Part shown: positions 46,199 through 56,478 of the stretch, in pieces | How the letters are laid out: every line of letters starts with the position of its first letter | How positions within the stretch are numbered: position 1 is the first letter of the stretch | From: a virus | Strand: one strand, 5' to 3' | Length of the DNA stretch: 64,000 nucleotides | IMG/VR virus record: IMGVR_UViG_3300043436_004382 | Coordinates: 1 to 64,000 of that record | The notes under the pieces: model-generated | What the model saw: only the letters and a program-made list of their open reading frames with translations | The model's database searches: none | Told to the model about the DNA's origin: nothing | Position numbers and translations under genes: made by a program

Positions 46199-48034
46199 TT
46201 ATATTGAAAGTTTAAGTAGTTTCTCCTTACGAGGTTCAGAATCTGAGCCGAACCAGTCGCTTAGACTATCTTTATATTGTTTATCGTTCTGTAATTTAAC
46301 CAAGACTGGATTATGAATAATGTCTCTGTACTCAACATCTTCCAATGCCGCAAGACCTTTTTTGTATTCGACTTCCCAACCCTTTGCTCCAGTTTTCTTT
46401 TCCCAGTCAGAGTATTCTTCGTTTGAATAGAAAGGTTTTACCTCCTTGCCCTTTTTAGCAACGACCAATGGAGTCATTACCTTAAAGATTCGGTTCTGTT
46501 CGAAGAGTTCCGGCCAATACTTATTAAAGAAGTTAATTAACAGACCGGCAATTGAGTCTCCGTCCGGATCTGCGTCAGTATATATGTACACCTTGCCATA
46601 TCTCAGATCACCCGGTTCCTCTCCTAATTTGATTCCTAATGAAGCCATTAGCTGAACAACCTCATCATTCTGAATGACCCCAGAGTTTGTCATCTCACTA
46701 ACGTTTAGGAACTTACCCTTTAGCGGAAAGGCTCCAAACGTTTGAGGATCTCTGAACTTACGTACAGCAGAAAGAGCTGACATTCCTTCAAATATTCCAA
46801 GCACGCATTTATTTCGGTCCTTGCCCTTTGCATCAATTAACTTAAGTACTTTAGTGCTAGCTAGCGATTTATTAAGCTTACGTAGTTCAGCACGCTCTTC
46901 GGCATTCTTCTTTTGTTCAATCCAATCCAGTAAAGATTGGATTACCTCTGATCCAAATACAGCCTTTGCAAATTTCTCAGTCACATCATGTTTTGTACCG
47001 AAATCCTTGGCCTCAGTGATTAACTTTTCTTTTGTTTGAGATGAGAATGCTGGATTGATTACTGTACAGTTTATGAAGAGAAATACATGGTTCTTTATTT
47101 CAGATGGTTTAACCTCGACCTTGTGCTTTTTCTTAATCATGGCCCTGAGATACTCAATTACCTGATTTAAGATATAACTCTCATGAGTTCCTCCGTCCTT
47201 TGTATGGATTGAATTAACGAATGACACTGATTGGAAACCATCCTTTGAAACTCCAAAAGAAATTTCCCAGTCCTTTGATCTTTCCCAAATTGAATCATTC
47301 ACGTAAAGATCAACGTATTCCTTAAATGTCTTGAACTTATATTTCTCACCGTTAAATTCAAGCTTAAGGCCTGGATTTGCGGCTGCAATATCGATTACTC
47401 TTTTGCGCATCATCTTACAATGAGCATCATCGATCTTCTTCATTTCAAATCTTGAAAGATCTGGAACATAGGTTATTTCAGTAAAGCCTTGAGATGTTCT
47501 ACTTGTCTTTGGAGTTGTTCTCTTTGACATGTTATCTGTGAATGTCTGTAAGAATCGATTCTTTCCGTCTGCTGTGTCAATCACGAATCGCTTTGAGAAA
47601 ATATTAACTAATGAAGCTCCCACTCCATTCGTTCCGGCAACGGTTCTACCCTCATCATCATTGAAGTTTGATCCAGCTCTCAAGTTAGAGAAGATTAATT
47701 CAGGAATCCAAACTTTGTGTTCAGGATGCTGAACAACTGGAATTCCTCCGTTATCCCACACGGTGATGGTGTCCGCGCTAACCGATACTTTAATTGTATT
47801 AATTTTACCAGACCTCTTGTGTTCGTCAACTGAATTTGAAATGATTTCGTCAAACAACTTTAAGAATCCTGGATTGTATGTCAATTCCTCTTTTGAATAG
47901 AGGCCGTCTCCAAGAATCCATTCATTTGCTGTGTGAGGTTTAGTGGAACCAATGTACATTCCAGGTCTTTTGAGAACGTGTTCAATCTCATCGAGTAGCT
48001 GGTATTTCTTTCCTATTTCTTTAGTAGATGCCAT
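46199..48034 (-). CDS. DNA topoisomerase II large subunit (T4 gp39-like, GyrB homolog: ATPase plus Toprim)
   Basis: 611 aa; N-terminus ..LLDEIEHVLKRPGMYIGS.., GHKL ATPase region, then Toprim region. Confidence 0.8.
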   Translation of the reverse strand: MASTKEIGKKYQLLDEIEHVLKRPGMYIGSTKPHTANEWILGDGLYSKEELTYNPGFLKLFDEIISNSVDEHKRSGKINTIKVSVSADTITVWDNGGIPVVQHPEHKVWIPELIFSNLRAGSNFNDDEGRTVAGTNGVGASLVNIFSKRFVIDTADGKNRFLQTFTDNMSKRTTPKTSRTSQGFTEITYVPDLSRFEMKKIDDAHCKMMRKRVIDIAAANPGLKLEFNGEKYKFKTFKEYVDLYVNDSIWERSKDWEISFGVSKDGFQSVSFVNSIHTKDGGTHESYILNQVIEYLRAMIKKKHKVEVKPSEIKNHVFLFINCTVINPAFSSQTKEKLITEAKDFGTKHDVTEKFAKAVFGSEVIQSLLDWIEQKKNAEERAELRKLNKSLASTKVLKLIDAKGKDRNKCVLGIFEGMSALSAVRKFRDPQTFGAFPLKGKFLNVSEMTNSGVIQNDEVVQLMASLGIKLGEEPGDLRYGKVYIYTDADPDGDSIAGLLINFFNKYWPELFEQNRIFKVMTPLVVAKKGKEVKPFYSNEEYSDWEKKTGAKGWEVEYKKGLAALEDVEYRDIIHNPVLVKLQNDKQYKDSLSDWFGSDSEPRKEKLLKLSI

Positions 48035-48070
48035 ATAGTTTCTATTGTATTCGATTTTTTATAAAAGGTT

Positions 48071-48529
48071 TTATCTAAATTGTAGCATACGAGCCTCAGC
48101 GTATTTAATTAAAGATGGGTCTGCTCCGGGTAAATTCTTTAGGAATTGCCATTCGTACAGGTAGGCTAGGTGCTCTTCCTTTCTTGGCGGAAGAGAGTGG
48201 CCTTTCATTACTATGTTTAAGTGTAGACTTTCATGAACAAGAACCGCTGCAATATTCTGAATGCCTAGTCTAACATCGTTTGCTGAAACAAAAATGGTTC
48301 CCTTTTGATTTAAGGAACCTTTGCAGCTTGAAAAGCTTGCATTAAAAAATGCGACCGAATCGCAAACTGCGATTAACCCACCATAATAAAAACTAGGGGC
48401 TGTCCTGATTAGTGTAATTGCTGAGTCAACTTTGGCTCTCCAATTATCTCCAGCTTGATCAATCACGATCTGTGCATGGGATACACCGGTTACTGCCAAT
48501 AAAATTAGCGTTAAAAATAGTTTTCGCAT
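48071..48529 (-). CDS. Secreted protein with an HExxH motif
   Basis: Signal peptide MRKLFLTLILLAVTGVSHAQ; motif VLVHESLHLN. Confidence 0.4.
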   Translation of the reverse strand: MRKLFLTLILLAVTGVSHAQIVIDQAGDNWRAKVDSAITLIRTAPSFYYGGLIAVCDSVAFFNASFSSCKGSLNQKGTIFVSANDVRLGIQNIAAVLVHESLHLNIVMKGHSLPPRKEEHLAYLYEWQFLKNLPGADPSLIKYAEARMLQFR

Positions 48530-48547
48530 AATGCTATTATACCAAAA

Positions 48548-49705
48548 TTAAGGTATCTTAACTCCGGGAATTCCCATTAACTGGTTTCTTAATGCTCTAA
48601 GCATTGGAATATGATTTGAAAACTTAACAGTCTCGAACCAGAATGGAGTTTTGGTTTTTGAATTTAGAACGACTTGGTAATCGCTAAGACCTGCGTACTT
48701 TTGTAGAGTTTGAGAATTGAATACGACTGGCTTTGCAACTAGATTTCCATTCTCCTGACGAATCATCATCGGCGAAGAGAGTCCAACCATGTTTACCCAA
48801 CGGCCAGCTCTTTCAACTTCTCTAGCCCAATCAACATAGAATACGAAGAGCCTACGACCTCCGTCTACATCAGGACCCATTACAACGACGGTGTTACCCT
48901 TACCGAAAGAAACAGATTCGTCAACTACATCAGTTTCAGTAGAGAATTTAGAATCTACTGCATCAGATGGTTCTGAATAAATGTGTGAATATGCTTGGGA
49001 TTTTAGGTCAATCAATTTACCGATCCAACCTTCATTACGTAATCTCTTGAATACTAGATTTTCAACCGAGAACTCTCCGCCCTTATGAGCGAGCTGTTCG
49101 TCCCTTGATCTTGAGATCTTTTTCTTTAGGACAGAAGCTCTTTCCATAATATCACGAGCCTCTTCAGGTCCAGCGCCTTTAATCTCTTCCATCATTTTCT
49201 TTATTGCATAAATGTAATGGTCGGATTTTAGCTGAACGTCTTTTGGATCGACGCTAGGCTGGCTGTATTCTGGTTTTCTAATCCATTCTCCCCTTAACAG
49301 AGAATATAGGCCTGATGCTAAGTGTAGTTGATTTATGTCCTGTGCGTACAGTTCAACATCGTATCCTCCAATATTTACAGGATGGCGTTGATTCCATACG
49401 GTTTTTAAACCTTCCATTGCTATCTTTACAAGTTCAACATCGTCGTTTATCTTGGAGAGATCCATGATAACGTGTACGTCAAAGTCAGAATACTTTGTCC
49501 AGTTATAGTTAGCTAGGGAACCAGTAAGTTGAATGTCCTCAATTGGAGCACTAACTTTTAGGTCCTCATAGAAGTCATGAGCGATTTGCAGAAGCTTGGT
49601 TCTGAGCTCAGGGTTAATTTCTTCTCCATCCCAGACCATTGGATTCAATTGATCTTGATAGAATTGACCCTCATTTATGAATTCGGTAAATTTAAAAAGT
49701 TTCAT
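48548..49705 (-). CDS. Capsid-targeting-like N-terminus fused to a Pol-beta-type nucleotidyltransferase domain
   Basis: MKLFKFTEFINEGQ N-terminus; LTGSLANYNWTKYSDFDVHVIMD minimal NTase motif (GS...D.D). Confidence 0.5.
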   Translation of the reverse strand: MKLFKFTEFINEGQFYQDQLNPMVWDGEEINPELRTKLLQIAHDFYEDLKVSAPIEDIQLTGSLANYNWTKYSDFDVHVIMDLSKINDDVELVKIAMEGLKTVWNQRHPVNIGGYDVELYAQDINQLHLASGLYSLLRGEWIRKPEYSQPSVDPKDVQLKSDHYIYAIKKMMEEIKGAGPEEARDIMERASVLKKKISRSRDEQLAHKGGEFSVENLVFKRLRNEGWIGKLIDLKSQAYSHIYSEPSDAVDSKFSTETDVVDESVSFGKGNTVVVMGPDVDGGRRLFVFYVDWAREVERAGRWVNMVGLSSPMMIRQENGNLVAKPVVFNSQTLQKYAGLSDYQVVLNSKTKTPFWFETVKFSNHIPMLRALRNQLMGIPGVKIP

Positions 49706-49718
49706 CAGAATTATTTAT

Positions 49719-50543
49719 CTAAGCATCCAACCTCTCCAGGACGTAAGGGCTTACGTATTTTGCCCATAGTTCCGGATCGTAATTGTTTTTAGTGTTAGAT
49801 AAAAATTCGTAGAACCTGTTATAAAAAGGCTCGATTACGGACTGGCCGCAGCGATTCAATGGTTTTGCTGAAACGTCAGTAGATGCGATCTTGTGATTGT
49901 CAAAGTTAGATGGATTATTAATATCGCCTGACTGCTTGTGACCTGCCATGTCCGAAGGATCCGACCAGTTAAAACAGTACGATGGAACGTAATGTGTAAA
50001 GTGTTCGTCCAGATTCTTTTCATCCCTAAGCTTGGTATACCAGCTCAAACCTTCGTAACCGGTCATATCATCCCTAAATCCAATTTCTCGGATTCGATTC
50101 ATCTTTACAATCACTGATGCTTCCAGAGTATTTCGAGTAAGTTCAACCTTATGTGGAGTTGCAAAGATGCTTCTTTCAGGTTTCCAAGCATCCTTACCGT
50201 TCGCAGAGATTCCATCCACTGCTTGGCGAATATGCCATGGTAAATAGGCATCGTCATCGTCAGCAAGCATGAAGTACTCGCCAGTTGCATGAGTTACTGC
50301 ATCTCTACATATCGCACCTCTATTCGTATAAGATTTGCCAGTTACGTAGTCAGTATCATTATTGATAAGAACTATGTTTAAATCAGCAAGGTCAGGATCA
50401 AGGCTCATTGGATTATTAACATCCGTGTTGAAGATAATTAATTCTTTGTGTGGATAATCTTGTTGAATAAATTGCTCTATAATTCTTTCAACACATCTGT
50501 ATCTGCGATAAGTGGTGCAAATAAAACTTACTTTATTAGTCAT
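49719..50543 (-). CDS. Family 2 glycosyltransferase
   Basis: SFICTTYRR ... ADDDD GT-A fold motifs. Confidence 0.6.
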   Translation of the reverse strand: MTNKVSFICTTYRRYRCVERIIEQFIQQDYPHKELIIFNTDVNNPMSLDPDLADLNIVLINNDTDYVTGKSYTNRGAICRDAVTHATGEYFMLADDDDAYLPWHIRQAVDGISANGKDAWKPERSIFATPHKVELTRNTLEASVIVKMNRIREIGFRDDMTGYEGLSWYTKLRDEKNLDEHFTHYVPSYCFNWSDPSDMAGHKQSGDINNPSNFDNHKIASTDVSAKPLNRCGQSVIEPFYNRFYEFLSNTKNNYDPELWAKYVSPYVLERLDA

Positions 50544-51918
50544 GGAGTTTTCTTTTTAAAGTGAATGTTAGAATATTAGTATCGCTATCGATCGGGACGC
50601 GTATTGAATCTTCGAGATTACAAAAATTAATCACTTCATAACCAATCGAGTTTGCGAATTTAAAAATGCTTGCTTCATCAAAAAACCAAAGATGCTCGTT
50701 AGGTCGACGGTGTTTCCATTTATCGAACCATTCACTCGAATGATAGTGGCACCAAGGTAGAGAGACTACAATGTATTCTGCTTGACAATTTTTTAAAATA
50801 TATGGATCTTCCATGTGTTCAAGGACGTCAAACAGGGTCAAGACTTCAACCTTATGCGAAACCCAATCTTCAATAAAGATTGCATTTTCTGGAATAGGAT
50901 AGCCGGTTACATCATATCCATAGCACGAATTAACAATGCTTGAACAAGTCGATAAAAAGGATCCGTTTCCGTAACCTATGTCCATTATAGAGTCGGGAAT
51001 CTTTCCGATTGAACCGATCACATATCCTAATCTCAAGTTGCTCATCAAATCATTTAAAATTCCATACGTGTTGTATCGAGTATTCACGTACTCTTCATCG
51101 TACGTAATGATGTTTTTTTCAATTTGATAAATTAGGCCATCTGAATTTTTATTGTAATTAGGTAACATAAGTTCTTTGTCAAAATTATAGAATCTCATCT
51201 CACTATTATCTGAGTTAATGTAAAATGGCGCGGTGAATACGCTTGGCCAAGATCCATGCATTCCATCATTATAGTAATACACAAGCTTTCGAGTTGGATT
51301 GTCGAGTACACTTGCAAGTAAAGATAGCCCGGTTGCGCCACCGATGTAGTATTCGCAAGTTAAAATGTGTTCCAAGTTCTCAGTAAAATCAGTACTTATC
51401 GTAAACTCCTTTGGGTCTATGTTATCTGGCAGTTTCTTAATACACAGTATTCTAGAGTAGTCGGAGTATTCGCTCGTAGAGTATTCATCGATTATTCCTT
51501 GAAGAACAGACTGTGGCCAATTTCGTTGAGGATCATACTCTGCATCAACTAATGGAAATAGACACAACTTTCTTTCAGTATTTTCTGGGTTCGAAATCTT
51601 TATCCATTCGCCCTCTCGTTTTCGATAGTCCCACAAATTCCCATAAGGTACAAGACTTATCTCACCAGGCGATTCATCAAAATAATCAGTTCTAGACATT
51701 ACGAACTCTAAAAAAAGTCTAACATAATCTCTCTTTTGAATTGAAGATTCAGCTAAATGAAATTTGATTATGCAGTTAGAGTTCTTTCTTCTAATATCAC
51801 AAACAACATTCAAAACGGAAATTAAGTCTCCCATTTTAAATCCTCCTTGAAAGGTGGTCTCGTCAATATTTACGGTTAAATCAGGTCCAGAATAGGACCA
51901 TAAATCGAATACATGCAT
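50536..51918 (-). CDS. Two-domain protein with a C-terminal class I SAM-dependent methyltransferase domain
   Basis: DIGYGNGSF motif I and LTLFDVLEHMEDP. Confidence 0.55.
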   Translation of the reverse strand: MHVFDLWSYSGPDLTVNIDETTFQGGFKMGDLISVLNVVCDIRRKNSNCIIKFHLAESSIQKRDYVRLFLEFVMSRTDYFDESPGEISLVPYGNLWDYRKREGEWIKISNPENTERKLCLFPLVDAEYDPQRNWPQSVLQGIIDEYSTSEYSDYSRILCIKKLPDNIDPKEFTISTDFTENLEHILTCEYYIGGATGLSLLASVLDNPTRKLVYYYNDGMHGSWPSVFTAPFYINSDNSEMRFYNFDKELMLPNYNKNSDGLIYQIEKNIITYDEEYVNTRYNTYGILNDLMSNLRLGYVIGSIGKIPDSIMDIGYGNGSFLSTCSSIVNSCYGYDVTGYPIPENAIFIEDWVSHKVEVLTLFDVLEHMEDPYILKNCQAEYIVVSLPWCHYHSSEWFDKWKHRRPNEHLWFFDEASIFKFANSIGYEVINFCNLEDSIRVPIDSDTNILTFTLKRKLHD

Positions 51919-51927
51919 TTGAATTAT

Positions 51928-52137
51928 TTATCTTGTCCAGTAAACTTCACCATCCACTAGAGTCTTAACGATTGTCTCGTCCTTTGCAATAGAATTAATG
52001 TAGGTCTTTGGATTCTTTACGTTATTGTAAACTCTTTGAGTTCCATTTGAATAAACGACGGTCACCGAGTAACCACCAGGACGAAGACTTAGTTCATTGG
52101 TTCTAAATCTTTCGTGTACGATTATTGTTTTTGACAT
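51928..52137 (-). CDS. Hypothetical small protein
   Basis: 69-aa ORF. Confidence 0.3.
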   Translation of the reverse strand: MSKTIIVHERFRTNELSLRPGGYSVTVVYSNGTQRVYNNVKNPKTYINSIAKDETIVKTLVDGEVYWTR

Positions 52138-52142
52138 ATTTC

Positions 52143-52349
52143 TTATTTTCCAGTTAATAAATTTCGGATCATTCCCAATAGCATTACGAACACGGTTATC
52201 GGCCAGGTTAGGATGACAACTACTCGAGCTATTAGAGTTTTAGGGATCTGTCGATTTGTCTGCTTAGATTCAATGTATTCAATGATGGCTCCCCAAATGA
52301 GGCCCACTATCAAGTATGTTGCTAGGTCGTGTAATAAATTAGTTTGCAT
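52143..52349 (-). CDS. Small membrane protein
   Basis: Two TM helices. Confidence 0.35.
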   Translation of the reverse strand: MQTNLLHDLATYLIVGLIWGAIIEYIESKQTNRQIPKTLIARVVVILTWPITVFVMLLGMIRNLLTGK

Positions 52350-52941
52350 ATAGAATTGTTGGATTATCTTTGTGAACGTCTATTTTTGGGTACGAGATTT
52401 TAAATTTTTGAAGATTGAAAGGTCGACAGATCAGGTGAATTCCGTTCTTGCTGTTGATCGTCCAAACTGTATCGTCTCTATCAGTTTCAGAGATTAGATT
52501 TTGAACTGAGCTGATTATTGCATTGATCGCTTGATCATGGTCCCCTTCAAGATCCTTGTAATCAATATCGATTATCCAGGTCTTGTCAGGATCGGCGTGA
52601 TACTGTCCCGCTGCGCAGTCAAATGCTTTTCGAACTGATCTATATTGGCCAGCCTCAATGTATTCAGCAGTTAATCTCATGGCTTTTAAAGCGGCCTTTT
52701 TATAACTTCTACGATTGAGTCTAATATAAGCTCTGGCATTATTGTCTTGACACTGTTTAATTATATCAGGCACAAGCTTGTCAAAATGGCCTAATGATTT
52801 GACACAGTAGTTCGCAAGAACAATCATGTCCTTGGCCATATCAGGATTATCCTTACGTCTCTTAAAGACCTGTAAAAAGTAGAAAGTATCTTCAGAATCG
52901 AATCGTAACATCGATCTGATCTGCTCAGTATTGTTGACCAT
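52339..52941 (-). CDS. Hypothetical protein
   Basis: 200-aa ORF. Confidence 0.4.
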   Translation of the reverse strand: MVNNTEQIRSMLRFDSEDTFYFLQVFKRRKDNPDMAKDMIVLANYCVKSLGHFDKLVPDIIKQCQDNNARAYIRLNRRSYKKAALKAMRLTAEYIEAGQYRSVRKAFDCAAGQYHADPDKTWIIDIDYKDLEGDHDQAINAIISSVQNLISETDRDDTVWTINSKNGIHLICRPFNLQKFKISYPKIDVHKDNPTILYAN

Positions 52942-52980
52942 ACTGGCTTATTATACTAAATTGAGAGTAAAAGGTTAGGA

Positions 52981-54147
52981 TTAAGTAACTCTTGTGTCAG
53001 CATTTAAGTAATCGATTCCATGTCGATTGGAAATTCTCTTAATTCTCTCGTTTTCGTCAGCAAAAATTGCCCTGCCTCCACCGTAGACTGAAACGTAACT
53101 AGCCAACATTATTCCTACACTAGATAATTTATCAAGCACCACTTCCAAGCTCTCAAAACCAATCTCACGAGACTGATTTTTATCTGGTGAGATTGAAATA
53201 GATCTCACTTTTGGATCGCTCACAGGTAGAAAGTTAAAGTTATCAAGGTTTGTAATTTGACCTCCAAATTGATATTGACCTGATCTATCGTGCGAAATTG
53301 ATATTCCAGGCTTAGATAGAACAGTTATCATGTCTTGCGTGTAAGTTTGGTTACCGGTAAACACTATCTTACATGAACCATTTTCGAAATAATTTGTTAG
53401 ATTCTTAATTGAATTTTTACGAAGAGCTGCATCATTCAGGCCTCCCATCGTATGGTAAAGAGATTCAATTGTTTTTTGAGACTCGCTTGCACTAATTTTA
53501 GTCATGTCCTCTTGAACAAGTTTAGTAATCAAGTTCATCAAAATAGTTTGATCATCGATTGCCCTTTTAGCTGAAGCTGAAGCTCTCTTAGTCGGAAACG
53601 ATCGGTCTGAAAAATCTACATTATCTGATGCCCATCGCATAGCGGTCTTAAAAAATTGAGTTTCGCTAAGTCTTTCAAATCTCTTCATGACCATGTCCAA
53701 ATCTCTGTATCCAGTTTTAGGAACGATTCGCCTTACTACATTGGTTGATGCGAAGAAGCCTAATGCAAAGTCAGCTTTTGGATTTCGATCAAAACTCTTT
53801 GAAAAGACTAGAGTACGATTGAGCAGTTGAGTGAATGATGATGATAGAACAACACCTTTCTCAACTAGGGCTGCATATTCCGGAGAATCAAACACATCGA
53901 TCAGCCATCTGAATTCAGGTTTCGTTCTAAGATCTTCAAACCATTCGTTTGAATAAACTTTATGTTGTGATTTGGTATTTAATATGCTTTTGGCCTGTAT
54001 GTTAAGCTGACGGCGAATACTCGACGTCTGCTCAGCATATTCTTGATCATCGACTAGCCCTATTTCCCTTAATCTCTCAAGATCTTCTAACTCGGCCATT
54101 AATATGTCAGTCGTTTTTTCTTCAAATAATTTTATGTACTTTGGCAT
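52981..54147 (-). CDS. Hypothetical protein with a capsid-targeting-like N-terminus (MPKYIKLFEEK)
   Basis: 388 aa; motif family member. Confidence 0.5.
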   Translation of the reverse strand: MPKYIKLFEEKTTDILMAELEDLERLREIGLVDDQEYAEQTSSIRRQLNIQAKSILNTKSQHKVYSNEWFEDLRTKPEFRWLIDVFDSPEYAALVEKGVVLSSSFTQLLNRTLVFSKSFDRNPKADFALGFFASTNVVRRIVPKTGYRDLDMVMKRFERLSETQFFKTAMRWASDNVDFSDRSFPTKRASASAKRAIDDQTILMNLITKLVQEDMTKISASESQKTIESLYHTMGGLNDAALRKNSIKNLTNYFENGSCKIVFTGNQTYTQDMITVLSKPGISISHDRSGQYQFGGQITNLDNFNFLPVSDPKVRSISISPDKNQSREIGFESLEVVLDKLSSVGIMLASYVSVYGGGRAIFADENERIKRISNRHGIDYLNADTRVT

Positions 54148-54199
54148 CTATTACGTAATTTATTTCAGGTTTATTTATTCTAGTAGAATTCTTCAAGAA

Positions 54200-54745
54200 T
54201 TATCGAAGTCCAGTCCTGGATAACTGTTTTCTTAATTTGGTCTTGGCATCATGCACGTTTGATTTAACTGCACCTGCCGTTGTACCCATGTGAACTGCTG
54301 CCTGCTCGTACGATAGGTCCTCATAGACAACAAGTTTAAATGCCAATTGCTGTCGAGTTGGAAGTTGATTTACGATTTCCCTAATCAGGTTCAAAGCCGG
54401 TCGATCCGCATGAACGTCTTGGGTTTCAATGTCAATGCCTTCAATATCCGAGAATGCTTTAGTTTTCGTTTTGAACTGTCTGATCCAATTAACCGTTTCA
54501 TTACGCACGATCCTTGCCAACCATGCAGCAAAAGGGCCGGTGCCGCTCCACTTATCAAGATTCATGAAAGCTTTAGTCAGCCCTTGAGCTACTGCTTGAT
54601 CAAGGTCGTCTTGATCCTTTAAGTATCGAGCAGCGTTTTGGTAAGCAAGAGGTTTCCACTGATCCCACAGATCTGTGAGAGCTCGACGATTTCCAGTTCG
54701 GGCCGCATCGACCAATGAGTCGGTGTGGCGTAAGTTTAAGTCCAT
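54200..54745 (-). CDS. Sigma-70/ECF-family RNA polymerase sigma factor
   Basis: Region 2 (..FAAWLARIVRNETVNWIR..) and region 4 HTH (QQLAFKLVVYEDLSYEQAAVHMGTTAGAVKSNVHDAKTKLRKQL). Confidence 0.65.
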   Translation of the reverse strand: MDLNLRHTDSLVDAARTGNRRALTDLWDQWKPLAYQNAARYLKDQDDLDQAVAQGLTKAFMNLDKWSGTGPFAAWLARIVRNETVNWIRQFKTKTKAFSDIEGIDIETQDVHADRPALNLIREIVNQLPTRQQLAFKLVVYEDLSYEQAAVHMGTTAGAVKSNVHDAKTKLRKQLSRTGLR

Positions 54746-54771
54746 AGGTAGACTTATTATACTAAAAAAGG

Positions 54772-55596
54772 TTAGGACGTTTTAATGATATCGGCTAGAG
54801 TCTTGGCACGATCTCCTACCTGCTTTGCCCAAGTTGACCTCAGCATTTCTTCAGAGGCAGCATCAAAGTTTTTCTGTTTGATATGGGTTAGGAAATTAGT
54901 AAACTCCGAGAGACCTCTTTTACCTAAATTGAAAACCATTTCAGTTAAGACTCCCTGGACTTGAGTTGGTAGGTTTGGCATGTTCGGGACTAATTCCTGT
55001 GCATTAACTTTAGCCTGCTTAAGATCAGTAAAGAGCAGAGCAGTTATCTGTTCTTGAGTCAATGGGGATTTACCAGCCTTAACCTTTTCCGGATTAGCTC
55101 CTACCTTTTTTAACTGAGCAGTCGCATCTTCACGATTAAGATTAAAACCTACTCCTACCGTTGGGATCTTTCTGGAATCCAGATACTTAAAAGGTTTTGA
55201 GCCTTCATGTTTTATAACTCGATTCTTGATCGAAGCAATAACCGGATCGGTTGGGGGAGGTGGTGCTTTAAATGAGTTGAGGTATTGTTCTGCTCTAATG
55301 TTCTTGATGTGGGTCATTATTTGATTCTTGTAGTCAGAATCCATAATTCCAAGCTCGCCGTTGATTGCATCTCCAACGCTTGGATACTCCCATGATTTCT
55401 GTGGATCCTCGTGACCTGCCTTCAAGGCCTTATTGATCTTGACTAATGAATATGCATCTGGAATTGATTTGATGGCGGCAGCCAAAGCCTCCTCGTCTGT
55501 ACCCATTCCAGCGGTTGATGTCTGAATTTGTGCAGCGATTTGGTCTGCAGTTAAGGCCTCGTTTATCCAGCTCTCAAATAGTTTTACATGCTTCAT
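54772..55596 (-). CDS. Capsid-targeting-like N-terminus fused to a T4-lysozyme-like (GH24) muramidase
   Basis: N-terminus MKHVKLFESWINEAL. C-terminal half aligns to T4 e lysozyme (IKHEG..; MVFNLGKRGLSEFTNFLTHIKQKNFDAASEEM..WAKQVGDRAKTLADII). Confidence 0.7.
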   Translation of the reverse strand: MKHVKLFESWINEALTADQIAAQIQTSTAGMGTDEEALAAAIKSIPDAYSLVKINKALKAGHEDPQKSWEYPSVGDAINGELGIMDSDYKNQIMTHIKNIRAEQYLNSFKAPPPPTDPVIASIKNRVIKHEGSKPFKYLDSRKIPTVGVGFNLNREDATAQLKKVGANPEKVKAGKSPLTQEQITALLFTDLKQAKVNAQELVPNMPNLPTQVQGVLTEMVFNLGKRGLSEFTNFLTHIKQKNFDAASEEMLRSTWAKQVGDRAKTLADIIKTS

Positions 55597-55642
55597 TTAG
55601 AGTTACTAATTATTTACCTAGTTATTTATTTGCCGGATCCCA

Positions 55643-55676
55643 TAAAATAAAAAACGGGCCCAAGAGGAGCCCGTTT
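55643..55676 (-). terminator. Rho-independent terminator
   Basis: AAACGGGCTCCTCTTGGGCCCGTTTTTT on the minus strand. Confidence 0.55.
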
Positions 55677-55698
55677 AGAATAAGTAAGCCCAAACTAC

Positions 55699-56304
55699 TT
55701 AGAAATTTTGAAGTTGGTTTTGGCCTATTTTGTAATCTCTATTTGCAAAACTTTTGAATCGACGATGAAGTAGTCTTCTAATCGTTGATAATCTGGTCGT
55801 AATTGTCGAAACTGATAATCCAATCTCTTTAGAGATTTCCTTGAGAGCTAGTTCATTAACATGATGCAATTCAAAGATTCGAGCATAGGTCGGTCCTAAT
55901 TTGTGGAGGACTAATCTCTTTGCGACCTCGTGCAGCCGGTGCGGGTTCAACACAATTTCTTTAGGCTCAACACTTTCTTCGAGTCTACCGGACGGCACAT
56001 AGTCGTCATCTGCCCAATCCGGAATTAATTGACTTTCCAAAACGACCGGTGTTTCCAACCTCTTTTTTACGGCCTCACACCATCCCCAATAGCAAGTCTT
56101 CATCAAGTAATTTACCATGTGAACCTCATTCTCAAATTCAAGTTCTCGATTCTTGGCTGAAACTGCGCTACGAATTGCGCAGAACTGGGCATGCTCAAGA
56201 TCGTCTTCATGGCTAACGAATCCACCCCATCTCTTTATCGAGACCATTACAAATCCTCGACCCTGCCCAAAGAATTTGACTATTATCTCATCGGTTATTT
56301 TCAT
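55699..56304 (-). CDS. Second sigma-factor-like protein (sigma-70 region-4 HTH at the C-terminus)
   Basis: ..LALKEISKEIGLSVSTITTRLSTIRRLL.. region-4-like HTH; 201 aa. Confidence 0.5.
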   Translation of the reverse strand: MKITDEIIVKFFGQGRGFVMVSIKRWGGFVSHEDDLEHAQFCAIRSAVSAKNRELEFENEVHMVNYLMKTCYWGWCEAVKKRLETPVVLESQLIPDWADDDYVPSGRLEESVEPKEIVLNPHRLHEVAKRLVLHKLGPTYARIFELHHVNELALKEISKEIGLSVSTITTRLSTIRRLLHRRFKSFANRDYKIGQNQLQNF

Positions 56305-56428
56305 TGTGTTAGTTTAGCGGAGTATTGACTAGGATGCAGGTCATGCCAACTATCCATGCAGTAAAGATGAATACGATAGCCCAATCCCAGAGAGTCCATT
56401 TATTAAGATTCTTCATGAGATTAATGTA

Positions 56429-56458
56429 CAAAAAAACCGGCCACATGGGCCGGTCGGT
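56429..56458 (-). terminator. Rho-independent terminator
   Basis: GGCCCATGTGGCC hairpin plus TTTTTTT on the minus strand. Confidence 0.5.
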
Positions 56459-56478
56459 TATAAAAGATCTATTGATTA

